The translations under genes and the position numbers were made by a program. A DNA stretch of 63,985 nt, counting the filler, from Octopus bimaculoides (taxonomy: Eukaryota), in NCBI RefSeq assembly GCF_001194135.2. It is 5 parts of 5 records of this genome, joined end to end, with 100 filler letters (N's around TTAATTAATTAA, not from the genome) between each part and the next. Parts side by side here need not be neighbours in the genome. Positions count along the whole stretch, not along the records: positions 1 to 28,443 come from NC_068983.1; 4 more parts are not named here. One strand, 5' to 3'. Below, one piece after another: positions 1 through 11,017 of this stretch (position 1 is the stretch's first letter; each line of letters begins with the position of its first letter). The notes under the pieces are model-generated. The model did no database searches, was not told the DNA's origin, and saw only the letters and a list, made by a program, of their open reading frames with translations.

Positions 1-190
1 TCTCCCTCCCTCTCCCTCTCTCTCTCCCCCCCTCTCTCTCTCTTCCAGTAGCGTGGCTAGTGGGAGAAGGGAGCAATCTGCCCCGATGACACTTATGTAC
101 TTTTGGTCCTGCTGTATAAGCTTTTACAAGGGACGGTGAGCTGCGCAAACTCAAAGGCTGGTGGTACACTCTCTTGCTACACCACCCACG

Positions 191-221
<31 letters not shown>

Positions 222-456
222 ATCGTCGAGGTAGGTGTTGTGCCCCTAACCTTCATAAGGCTCTCCGTGACCAGTGAGTGAGCTCAATGTGGAAAAACAA
301 ACAGGAGGTAATTTATTACAAAACACATTGGTTTACATAGAAGCATGTTCTGCATTAAACTTTTATTTCAGTTGCACTGCTGCTGTCTTTAATGGAATCA
401 GTAAAATACCTCAACAGATGCTTTGCAAAATATTCTGAAGCTCAAATCCCGTCAGC

Positions 457-1052
457 GAAATTTTTTTTTTCCCACAAGAGTTCCGGACCCAGTAATGAAT
501 TCATTTGCATACAGCCAATCAGAGCTCACCTTGACCTTGTTGTCAAGTGAACAAACACACTCTACCAAGTAAACTCAAGACGAAGAACGATGTTGTAAGT
601 CGACTGATCGCCAAGTGATGCCTGATTTTGGAAGGAGACAAGTAATTAAATAGATTTGCTTCTATATACCTATTATCGGATTTTGTAAGGGCCCCATATG
701 GCAAAGGTATGGATAGGGAAAATGTGGGTAGAGGGTGATGTGGTAGAAACCCTCTCGCTTTACTGTTTTACAAAGTAAACAACAACACAAATAACTACGC
801 AGAGGTAGCCATGGTTGAAACAAGAACAAGAACAACAAGCATTCTTAAAAGAGAAAAGAAGCATGGTCATTCCTTACCCAAATGACCTCATCTTACTGCC
901 CATCATTTTGTTATACGCTCATGAATTAGTTTGATAGTTGAGCTCTGATTGGCTGTATGCAAATGAGTTCATAACTGGGGTCCGGAACTCTCGTGGGAAA
1001 NNNNNNNNNNGTTCATAACTGGGGTCCGGAACTCTCGTGGGAAAAAAATTTT
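457..1052. mobile_element. MITE-like element with about 70-bp terminal inverted repeats
   Basis: 457-528 is the reverse complement of 939-1000/1011-1052 with few mismatches. No coding capacity inside. The right arm is split by a 10-N gap with an overlap duplication. Confidence 0.65.
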
Positions 1053-1171
1053 GCATCCCGCCAAGGCTAAATTTCGATTTCACTGTTTTGATGTCAATGA
1101 GATAAGAAGCAGTCAAATACTGAAGCCTATCAAACTGACTAACCCCACCCCCACTCCACGGTGTCTCTGAA

Positions 1172-1354
1172 GGCGCATGGCTTAGTGATTAGGGCATTCG
1201 GCTCAAAATCGTAAGGTTGTGAGTTCATTTCCAGGCGACGTGTTGTGTCCTTGAGCAAGACACTTTATTTCATGTTGCTCCAGTTCACTCAGCTGGCAAA
1301 AATGAGCAGTACCTATATTTCAAAGGGCCAGCCTTGTCACACTGAATCTCCCTG
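1172..1354 (+). mobile_element. tRNA-derived CORE-type SINE, partial
   Basis: Head ggcgcatggcttagtgattaggg...gagttcatttcc followed by CORE-like tgtgtccttgagcaagacacttt...ttcactcagctg. Shares body sequence with 58743-59128. Confidence 0.75.
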
Positions 1355-1658
1355 AATTTAATTTATGGGTGTTTGTCGGGGTCTTAATGTCACTCAAACG
1401 CTCCGATACCCCCTAAAATCCAAGAGGACTAATAGTTCGACTAATGACTTTTCAGATGATATAAAAGCTTGCCACCATTATATACTAAGAAGATATTTTG
1501 ACTATTTTTTTTGTTTTTTATGTGTGCATGTTAGTCTCATTTTCATAAAATGTGCTCAGCAGTCCGAGTTATGTAAGTGCAAACCCCAGAGCTTTATGGG
1601 TTAATAATGAATATACACATTGTTTGGTTCTGAGTGTCATGCATGTCCACAAGCACAA

Positions 1659-1802
1659 GCGTGGGTGTATGGTAAGAAGCTTGCTTCCCAGCCACATGGT
1701 TCAGGGTTCAGTCCCACTGCATGGTACCTTGAGTGTCTTCTATAATAGCCTCAGGCTGACCAAAGTCTTGTGAGTGGATTTTGTAGACAAACTGAAAGAA
1801 GC

Positions 1803-1808
<6 letters not shown>
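1659..1808 (+). mobile_element. tRNA-derived SINE head (family A/B head), truncated at internal microsatellite
   Basis: ggtaagaagcttgcttcccagccacatggttcagggttcagtcccactgc...aaactgaaagaagccc, the same head as 3959-4418. Confidence 0.8.
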
Positions 1809-1855
<47 letters not shown>

Positions 1856-3083
1856 CATCATCATCATCATCATCATTGTTTAACGGCCTCCTTCCACATT
1901 GGCCTGGGTTGGACAGTNNNNNNNNNNNNNNNNNNNNNNNNNNNNNNNNNNNNNNNNNNNNNNNNNNNNNNNNNNNNNNNNNNNNNNNNNNNNNNNNNNN
2001 NNNNNNNNNNNNNNNNNNNNNNNNNNNNNNNNNNNNNNNNNNNNNNNNNNNNNNNNNNNNNNNNNNNNNNNNNNNNNNNNNNNNNNNNNNNNNNNNNNNN
2101 NNNNNNNNNNNNNNNNNNNNNNNNNNNNNNNNNNNNNNNNNNNNNNNNNNNNNNNNNNNNNNNNNNNNNNNNNNNNNNNNNNNNNNNNNNNNNNNNNNNN
2201 NNNNNNNNNNNNNNNNNNNNNNNNNNNNNNNNNNNNNNNNNNNNNNNNNNNNNNNNNNNNNNNNNNNNNNNNNNNNNNNNNNNNNNNNNNNNNNNNNNNN
2301 NNNNNNNNNNNNNNNNNNNNNNNNNNNNNNNNNNNNNNNNNNNNNNNNNNNNNNNNNNNNNNNNNNNNNNNNNNNNNNNNNNNNNNNNNNNNNNNNNNNN
2401 NNNNNNNNNNNNNNNNNNNNNNNNNNNNNNNNNNNNNNNNNNNNNNNNNNNNNNNNNNNNNNNNNNNNNNNNNNNNNNNNNNNNNNNNNNNNNNNNNNNN
2501 NNNNNNNNNNNNNNNNNNNNNNNNNNNNNNNNNNNNNNNNNNNNNNNNNNNNNNNNNNNNNNNNNNNNNNNNNNNNNNNNNNNNNNNNNNNNNNNNNNNN
2601 NNNNNNNNNNNNNNNNNNNNNNNNNNNNNNNNNNNNNNNNNNNNNNNNNNNNNNNNNNNNNNNNNNNNNNNNNNNNNNNNNNNNNNNNNNNNNNNNNNNN
2701 NNNNNNNNNNNNNNNNNNNNNNNNNNNNNNNNNNNNNNNNNNNNNNNNNNNNNNNNNNNNNNNNNNNNNNNNNNNNNNNNNNNNNNNNNNNNNNNNNNNN
2801 NNNNNNNNNNNNNNNNNNNNNNNNNNNNNNNNNNNNNNNNNNNNNNNNNNNNNNNNNNNNNNNNNNNNNNNNNNNNNNNNNNNNNNNNNNNNNNNNNNNN
2901 NNNNNNNNATGCATAATTATAACAAAGGCTTGGCTTGTGCCTCACCACGCACTGAAAAAAGATGTCAAAAGACACTATTACCTCTATAAGTTCTCCAAGA
3001 AAAATACACCACATTATAGGCTGGCAAAAGAAAGAAAATGAATTAAAACTTATATATATATATATATGTAAGTTTTAATATAA

Positions 3084-3298
3084 GTGTGTGTATCACAGTT
3101 TCCATCTAACAAATTACCTTACAAGGCATTGGCTGACCCGGAATTATAGCAGAAGACATTTGCCGAAGGTTCTCTTCCAGTAGCGTGGCTAGTGGGAGAA
3201 GGGAGCAATCTGCCCCGATGACACTTATGTACTTTTGGTCCTGAACCCAGAACCATGCGGTTGCAAAGCGGGATTCTTTACCACACAGCCATGGCCGT
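3084..3298 (-). mobile_element. SINE head with a 72-nt foreign insert
   Basis: Reverse complement of the family head; interrupted at 3171-3242 by an exact copy of 39-110. Confidence 0.75.
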
Positions 3299-3958
3299 AC
3301 CTGAATTAGTAAAACTTAAAAGAAAACTTTGTGACAAAATATATTCTGGTGCGTGTTCAGAACCCCCTCCCTCTCTCTTTTCTGAACAAGCGCCCCCTAT
3401 ATTCTTGGAGAAATGCATTTCAAGATTTCAATTATTTAAATTCCTCATGAGTTGAAGAAACGAAAGAAATTGTTGAAATATTTCAGCCACTTTCTCGCGA
3501 ATGGGATACTCTCATATTCTTCTGTTTTCAGGTTTTCTTTATTCGTAGTTAAAATAAAGGAATATTGAGGACAAGCATAAAACTGAAGGCGTCGTAAAGA
3601 ACCAGGCAGCTGTTCATTTTGGTTAGATTCCAATCGTGCGAACCAAACCAAATGTATTGCTTTCTGTTAACTCCGATGACTTGATAGGGGAGACGACTCT
3701 TGTATAGCTTTCTAAGTTATTTTTTTATCAGAGATACAAGTGGCCTTAACTTCAAAGCACCACGTTTGTTTACTCTCTTAGATGTTTCAGTCATTTGACT
3801 GCGGCCATGCTGGAGCACCGCTTTTAGTCGAGCAAATCGCCCCCAGGACTTATTAGAATGTATGTCTGTGTTGTTTCAAAGACAGGCAACATTGGGAACA
3901 CCTTAACGACAGACCTGAAGAATTATTTTCAAAATTGTTTTATTTTAATATATGTTTA

Positions 3959-4183
3959 GGCGAAGGAGTGGCTGTGTGGTGTTCGTCCCCTCTTTGTAAT
4001 GCCTTTATAGCAAATATTTATGAAATAAAGAAGCTTGCTTATGAACCACATGGTTCCGGGTTCAGTCCCACTGCGTGACACCTTGGGCAAGTGTCTTCTA
4101 CGGTAGCCTCGGGCCGACCAAAGCCTTGTGAGTGGATTTGGTAGACGGAGACTGAAAGAAGCCCGTCGTATATATATATATGC

Positions 4184-4215
<32 letters not shown>

Positions 4216-4418
4216 GTTTGTGTGTCTACGTTTGTCCCCTTAACATTGCTTGACAAACGATGCTGGTGTGTTTACGTCCCCGTAACTTAGCGGTTCGGCA
4301 AAAGAGACTGATAGAATAAGTACTAGGCTTACAAAGAATAAGCCCTGGGGTCGATTTGCTCGACTAAAGGCGGTGCTCCAGCATGGCCGCAGTCAAATGA
4401 CTGAAACAAGTAAAAGAG
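3959..4418 (+). mobile_element. Full-length composite tRNA-SINE, family A (head - TA/TG microsatellite - CR1-like tail)
   Basis: Matches 51462-51860 (+) and 46805-47210 (-) along its length; ends ggcggtgctccagcatggccgcagtcaaatgactgaaacaagtaaaagag. Confidence 0.85.
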
Positions 4419-4476
4419 TTTGTTTAATTTTGTACTTCATTTTTTCGCTTTTTTCTGCAGATACTAAAGAATTGAA

Positions 4477-4657
4477 ATGGCAAACCCGTATTCTATGATA
4501 CCTCAGCCTCCACCGCCACCACCACCACCACTCCCCGCATCTTACTACAATGGTAACCAAGTGCAGTGTTCTCCCTCATTCTCCAGCATCAGTGATGGTG
4601 ACAACAACCAGGACACGTCCTCGAAACCTAAAGTTTCCTGTTTTAAAACCCATTCTT
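4477..4657 (+). CDS. First coding exon of ankyrin repeat and SOCS box (ASB-type) gene; proline-rich N-terminus
   Basis: Pyrimidine-rich acceptor tttttctgcag ends at 4460, ATG at 4477, strong donor T|GTAAGT at 4658. The phase-1 junction joins in frame to the acceptor at 7318. Encodes MANPYSMIPQPPPPPPPPLPASYY...KVSCFKTHS. Confidence 0.75.
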
Positions 4658-4789
4658 GTAAGTTCACTTAATTAATTGTTAATTATATTGGTTAAATTGA
4701 GAAGGAACCAGACTAGATAAATGGTTGGGCCACATCACTCTGGAAGGAGCCTAGGGTCAGATTCCCAGTTTGCCTAACGTATATACATG

Positions 4790-4972
4790 TTCCTCCCTGG
4801 ACAGGACACTGGTCCATCACAGGGTTCCTCATTCTGACCAGCTGAGTGGACCGGAGCAATGTGGAGTGAAGTGTCTTACTCAAGAAGACAATGCATCACT
4901 CAGCCCTAGAATTGAAACCACAATCTTACAATCATGAGTTCAGCACCCTAACCACTAAGCCATGGGCTCCAC
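4790..4972 (-). mobile_element. CORE-type SINE, decayed, in ASB intron
   Basis: Reverse complement of the 1172-type head and core (caccctaaccactaagccatg; gtgtcttactcaagaagacaa). Confidence 0.65.
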
Positions 4973-5345
4973 AGATTAAATAAATGTCTTACTATATTTC
5001 ATCTCGTCTCTCTTAGGTTTGGTTTCAAATTCTCCTTGAGATAGACATAGTCTTCTATCTTCTCGGGGCTCAATGTATTACAGCATTTTACTGGAATTTA
5101 ATATTCTGTTGCCTACATCTTTCGTAGCCTTGTTCTAAAATATGACATCATTATTTTAGGAAGTTTTTTTTTCACCAAATTTCTATTAGTCATCAATTTT
5201 CTAAATATTTAAATGGTTTGAATGATCCTAAATTTTAATTTTAATCATCAATCTTTTGTATCATTAACCTTGCTTTATAAGTCATCATAATTCATTATTG
5301 TTTTAGCTTTAACTTTATCATTAGCTTCTTTTTCTTAATTACTAT

Positions 5346-5745
5346 TGGCTTGGCTGTATGGTTGAGAAACTTGCTTCAGAACCACATGGTTTCGGATTCA
5401 ATCCTGCTGTGTGGCACTTTGAGCAAGTGCCTTCTGCTATAGCCCCAGGCAACCAAAGCCTTGTGAGTGGATTTGGTAGACAGAAACTGAAAGAAGCCCA
5501 TCGTGTGTGTGTATCCTTGTCTTGACATTGTGTGATGGTTGTAAATGAATGCCACTGTTATACAAGCAGTGTCATTCATTTACAATTTTGTGTGAAAAAC
5601 ATGTCTGGCCATGGAGAAATATAATCTTGCTTGGAGACAGGTAAGGATTGGTGACAGGAAGGGCATCCAGTTGTAGAAAATCTGCCACAACAAATTCCAT
5701 CTGACTCATGCAAGCATGGAAAAGCAGATGTTAGAATGATGATGA
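5346..5745 (+). mobile_element. Composite tRNA-SINE, family B (same head, RTE-like (GAT)n tail)
   Basis: Head as 3959, then a different body ending aggaagggcatccagttgtagaaa...gcatggaaaagcagatgttagaatgatgatg. Confidence 0.75.
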
Positions 5746-5916
5746 TAATGAAAAGGAGGAGGAGGAGGATTATACTACTCGAGCAGTATTCTTTTTCAAG
5801 TCTAGCCCTTATTATATTGGTTTCTTTTGCTGAACCACTAAGTTACAGGGTTGTAAACACAACAACACCAGTTATCAAGTAGTAGTGGGTGACAAGTATA
5901 GACACAAAGACACACA

Positions 5917-5962
<46 letters not shown>

Positions 5963-6849
5963 NNNNNNNNNNNNNNNNNNNNNNNNNNNNNNNNNNNNNN
6001 NNNNNNNNNNNNNNNNNNNNNNNNNNNNNNNNNNNNNNNNNNNNNNNNNNNNNNNNNNNNNNNNNNNNNNNNNNNNNNNNNNNNNNNNNNNNNNNNNNNN
6101 NNNNNNNNNNNNNNNNNNNNNNNNNNNNNNNNNNNNNNNNNNNNNNNNNNNNNNNNNNNNNNNNNNNNNNNNNNNNNNNNNNNNNNNNNNNNNNNNNNNN
6201 NNNNNNNNNNNNNNNNNNNNNNNNNNNNNNNNNNNNNNNNNNNNNNNNNNNNNNNNNNNNNNNNNNNNNNNNNNNNNNNNNNNNNNNNNNNNNNNNNNNN
6301 NNNNNNNNNNNNNNNNNNNNNNNNNNNNNNNNNNNNNNNNNNNNNNNNNNNNNNNNNNNNNNNNNNNNNNNNNNNNNNNNNNNNNNNNNNNNNNNNNNNN
6401 NNNNNNNNNNNNNNNNNNNNNNNNNNNNNNNNNNNNNNNNNNNNNNNNNNNNNNNNNNNNNNNNNNNNNNNNNNNNNNNNNNNNNNNNNNNNNNNNNNNN
6501 NNNNNNNNNNNNNNNNNNNNNNNNNNNNNNNNNNNNNNNNNNNNNNNNNNNNNNNNNNNNNNNNNNNNNNNNNNNNNNNNNNNNNNNNNNNNNNNNNNNN
6601 NNNNNNNNNNNNNNNNNNNNNNNNNNNNNNNNNNNNNNNNNNNNNNNNNNNNNNNNNNNNNNNNNNNNNNNNNNNNNNNNNNNNNNNNNNNNNNNNNNNN
6701 NNNNNNNNNNNNNNNNNNNNNNNNNNNNNNNNNNNNNNNNNNNNNNNNNNNNNNNNNNNNNNNNNNNNNNNNNNNNNNNNNNNNNNNNNNNNNNNNNNNN
6801 NNNNNNNNNNNNNNNNNNNNNNNNNNNNNNNNNNNNNNNNNNNNNNNNN

Positions 6850-7027
6850 TTTCGTGCAGGTGACACGTAAAAGCACCCACTACACTCTCTGAGTGGTTGG
6901 CGTTAGGAAGGGCATCCAGCTGTAGAAACTCTGCCAAATCAGACTGGAGCCTGGTGTTGCCATCCGGTTTCACCAGTCCTCAGTCAAATCGTCCAACCCA
7001 TGCTAGCATGGAAAGCGGACGTTAAAC

Positions 7028-7062
<35 letters not shown>
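6850..7062 (+). mobile_element. RTE-type retroposon 3' end with (GAT)n tail
   Basis: aaagcacccactacactctctgagtggttggcgttaggaagggcatccagctgtagaaa...gcatggaaagcggacgttaaacgatgatg; similar copy at 39715-39900. Confidence 0.7.
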
Positions 7063-7065
7063 CAG

Positions 7066-7216
7066 GCATCATTCAGTTTCCATCTGCCAAACCCACTCTC
7101 AAAGCTTCAGTCAGCCCAAGGCTATAGTAAATGACACTTGCTTGAGTGTGCCATGCAGTGGGACTGAACCCCAAACCACATGGCTGGAAAGCATACTTCT
7201 TACCCCACAGCCATGC
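7066..7216 (-). mobile_element. SINE head, antisense, in ASB intron
   Basis: Reverse complement of the family head (gtgccatgcagtgggactgaaccc...ccacagccatgc). Confidence 0.75.
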
Positions 7217-7318
7217 TATTTTTGCCTTGTATGTTTTCCTTTATGTCTGTATGATTTTACTGGTCTGATTTGATAATGGTGTACGTTTAAATAACATGTT
7301 GGTATTTTTATGTTTCAG

Positions 7319-8442
7319 CTAAATGCAAGCAAAAAGAAATGCAGTTTCACCTGGTCGGTGCCATAGAATCTGGCAATTTGGTACAAGTTCAAAAACTGGT
7401 GAATAATGGAGTAAATATTGACTGCATCATTCTGTTAGTAAAAACACCATTAATTCATGCAATGGAACAGGGCCAAGAACATATTGCAAGTTTTTTAATT
7501 TCTTCTGGTGCCAACACCAATAAAGCTGAACGAAACGCTTGGTTTCGTCATCCTCTTCATACTGCTGTCTTTAAAAACATGTATAATATTGTACTGAAGC
7601 TTCTGGTTTATGGCGCTGTTATAGAAGCCCAAGATGGTAATGGTATGACACCTCTCACTTATTCTGCTATTTATGGAAATTCAGAAATTACTAAGTTACT
7701 CATTTCATATGGCGCCAATTTAAACCATGAAGATTTTGTCAACAGAATAGCTCTTCATTTTGCTGCAGAACGGAATTTACTTGACATCGCCGACGCCCTC
7801 ATCAGACTTGGATCCAATATTGACCATCAAGACAAATATGGTTGGAGTCCATTATTTGGTGCTGTGATGTACAATCACATAGAAATGGTACAGTTGTTGT
7901 TGTCACGCCGAGCCAATGTCCATCTTCTTGATTATGGTGGAGATGGTATCATGCACTTAGCATGCTCACGTTTCCGGCGTGAGAAAGTCTTTGTTGTATT
8001 GTCCACTTCTGAAGATTTGTACAAGAGAAAACGAAGAATCCCCACCCTCAGTTTCCAGAATCTCTGTGTAAAATTCCGTGGTAGCAACATCGACATCATT
8101 CACTGCTTGATTGATGCTGGTGCCAGTGTACGTCTGTGCAACTATGAAGGACTAACTCCACTTGATCTCTGCAAAGAACAGAATGTTATGAAGAGTCTGG
8201 TGTCTGTTGGGAGTCCAATAGATCCTGGATGGATCCAGTCTGCGACATTGTGTTCCGAATCGGGAGAAAACACTGAAATTATTACTTGGCTGTTGGAGCA
8301 ATTCCAGTTACAACAGCGCTTGATCTTTGCCTGTAAAGTGGCAATCAGGCGCTATCTTTCATTTACAGGATGTATCTCTGCCGCTATTCAAAAACTGCCG
8401 CTGCCAAATGCCATGAAAGATTTTCTCCAGCAAGTTTATTAA
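7319..8442 (+). CDS. Second coding exon of ASB-type gene: about 7-8 ankyrin repeats plus C-terminal SOCS box
   Basis: Uninterrupted ORF with ankyrin motifs (TPLIHA, HPLHTA, TPLTYSA, ALHFAA, SPLFGA, TPLDL) and a SOCS box (LIFACKVAIRRYL ... IQKLPLPNAMKDFL). Acceptor tgtttcag ends at 7318, in frame with the ORF-track Met at 7339. Orthology to a numbered ASB cannot be assigned by eye. Confidence 0.92.
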
Positions 8443-8596
8443 CTTATTTCAAATTTTTTACACTATTATTCTGTTTGTTTCTGGATGTAGTTTTAGAATT
8501 TTGGGTATATATATATAATATATATATATACACATGCACATATATATATGTATATATATATGTGTGTGTGTGTGTATATATATTAATATATACACC

Positions 8597-8632
<36 letters not shown>

Positions 8633-8825
8633 CCTGCATATAGATAGTTAGATAAATAAGCATACATGTATATATGTATATGTATATACATACATGTATA
8701 TGTATTAAAGTGTTAAGCGCTTATGCTATGCAGATTAGTCGTCCCAGCTCTTTGGAGATGCTAGGTTTGATGTGTGTCTAAATAGATTGGGTCACTTCTT
8801 TCTCTGGGATCGGTCAAGTGATGCA

Positions 8826-8872
8826 GGATCCTGATGAGACTCGAATAAGGGTCAAAAATCAATTAAGGATTC
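8826..8872 (+). ncRNA. Degenerate hammerhead-ribozyme-like motif (Penelope/retrozyme type)
   Basis: CTGATGA at 8831-8837, stem II GACTC/GGGTC with a 6-nt loop, then AAAA in place of GAAA; possible stem I GGATC/GATTC. Confidence 0.45.
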
Positions 8873-10848
8873 ATCATTGTTTTCAATCTGCAGAGGAATA
8901 GGTGAATTTCATATATCCACCACTATGTAATATTATGGATATTAAATATAATATTATATTTATCAAATAATAGAGATATTGTGTAAAATGCTATGATATC
9001 ACACTTTTATAGAATTCCCAGCTTTAAATGTTCAATTTTTAAAATATAACATAATAGAGGAAATTAGTTCTAACTAACTTCACTTTTCAATACAGTTTCT
9101 TTGGAGATTTTCTTGTAGTTTTTCACTTTGATCTGAAGTTCCATATTGATAATATTGAACTAGAATTGCGAGGATCAAATCCAAAGAATTCAAAACTACT
9201 GTAATTGGAATTCAGTTTTTGAAAACAAAAAACAATGAAATTTTTCTCTCAATTCAAATTTTATATTTATTTATTGAACCAAACTTAGAATTTCAATGTC
9301 AGTTTTTAAAAAAATTTCATTTCTCTTTGATATCTCCCTCCTTTTTTCTTCTTTTTCTTTCTCTTCTATGCCTTTTTTTCTTTTTTCCTTTCACAGATTC
9401 TAGTTTATGAAGAAAATTTTCAGTTTTTTTCCAAAATAAATATATTTTGACAGAATTAGTACAGATTGGTTATTTCTGTTGAAAATATGTTTATTTATAA
9501 ATCAATAACTAAGCATGTTTTTGACAGCAGTTTCAATCATTATTTTAACATAGGCTTTCTCATCAATTCTTTTGCCCCCAAAACATTTATTTATAAATAA
9601 ATGCATTTTAAGAAAATTAAAATAGATTTATATATTTATATACATAAATATTTTTATCAACCAAGAATTATTGTAATACATCATTATAGATTGTTTTAAC
9701 ACATGGTTGTTTATTAACCAAATTACATTTATTTATATATTTATAAATTTATAAACAAATCTATTTTCACAGAATTGGACAAAGAGATTTTCAATTTAGC
9801 ACAGATGTATCTTTTCAAAAATGGATTCATTTCTATATTTATCTATCAATCAGTATTTTCTTGTTGAGGAAAGCTTTTAAACATTTTTACCATTAACCCC
9901 ACCAATTAATTTATTCTGTGCTTTTAATTAACTAATTTCTTGATCTCTGATCACTAACCCCATTACACATTGTTACAGCATAAATATTATATTATAACTG
10001 TGAATATTTTTCTACCATCCAAAAGCACATCTTTATAAAAAGTATGAATGTTGTTTTGGTTTTCTCATAAAAATCTCAGGTTTCACACTTTTGTAGGAAA
10101 CAATTTATTTCATTTCTTTTTCCCCAACTTTTGAGTATTTTTTTTTCCATTTCTCTTTTATACATAATTTATTTATTTATTAATGACCTCAGAAATCATG
10201 TTGAATACATTAATTTCATACATAACACGACCCTCCTAACCTGGGTTATGAACCCACATTTGTGCTCACCTGTGGGTGGAATGGATGAGTACAGACCCTA
10301 GTCTATGTTTTTAATGGCAGTTGCTACACTCACTCACACACACACACACATACACACACACAATTTCAAGCATCATGGAATTGTCTGGAAAATTGCAATG
10401 AAATTCTGATTCCTTCTCTCATCTCAAACAGATCCTAAAGTTGTCTTTCATTTCTCATATCAACCAAATTGATGAGATGTCACAATCACACTGGACAAGA
10501 CCCTAGTCTCCCTCTACAACTGACCTCACTGACATCCCGGTACCTGTAGTCTTGTCTTAAACTATAGTTTATCTGCTTTGCTCAATTTCACAATGCAATA
10601 TTTGTTGTAGAAGAACTGGAACTTGTCATTGAACCATTTACCAAGTCTTTAATTCATTCTTTCTTGTAAATTGTGGCTGAACTTCTGCTACAGAATCAAT
10701 GAGTTTTGCTAATTTGTTGTTGATATCCCGAAAAGTGCAGATAAAGTTAAGTTAGACCCTGCCTGTTCTGGATTCTGTAGACATCACATCTTTGCGTTTG
10801 TTGACAGATGAGTATGTCAGTAAAATAAAATGCAGTTGATGCAGATCT

Positions 10849-11017
10849 GGCTATGTGATTAAGAAGATCTCTTTGTATCCACATGGTCTTGGGTTCAGTC
10901 CCACTATGCACCACCTTCTACTATAGCCTTGGGCCAACTAATGCTTTGCAAGTGAATTTGGCTTGCAGAAACTCTGCGGAAGCATGGCCACAGTTCAATG
11001 ACTGAAACAAGTAAAAG
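10849..11017 (+). mobile_element. Internally deleted family A SINE
   Basis: Head fragment joined directly to the tail gcatggccacagttcaatgactgaaacaagtaaaag. Confidence 0.7.

Noticed and set aside
967-1043. Direct repeat of about 34 nt either side of a 10-N gap
   Set aside because: Unmerged contig overlap.
1774-3041. Long ORFs of 270-400 aa in the track (also near 5.8-6.9, 22, 27-28, 29-30 and 57 kb)
   Set aside because: They are runs of X across N gaps plus microsatellite translations.
9090-9200. Minus-strand FFGFD resembling the WFGYD motif of the last FBXL13 exon
   Set aside because: Only a 5-residue resemblance in AT-rich sequence, no upstream LRR exons to connect it, and the surrounding residues do not match.
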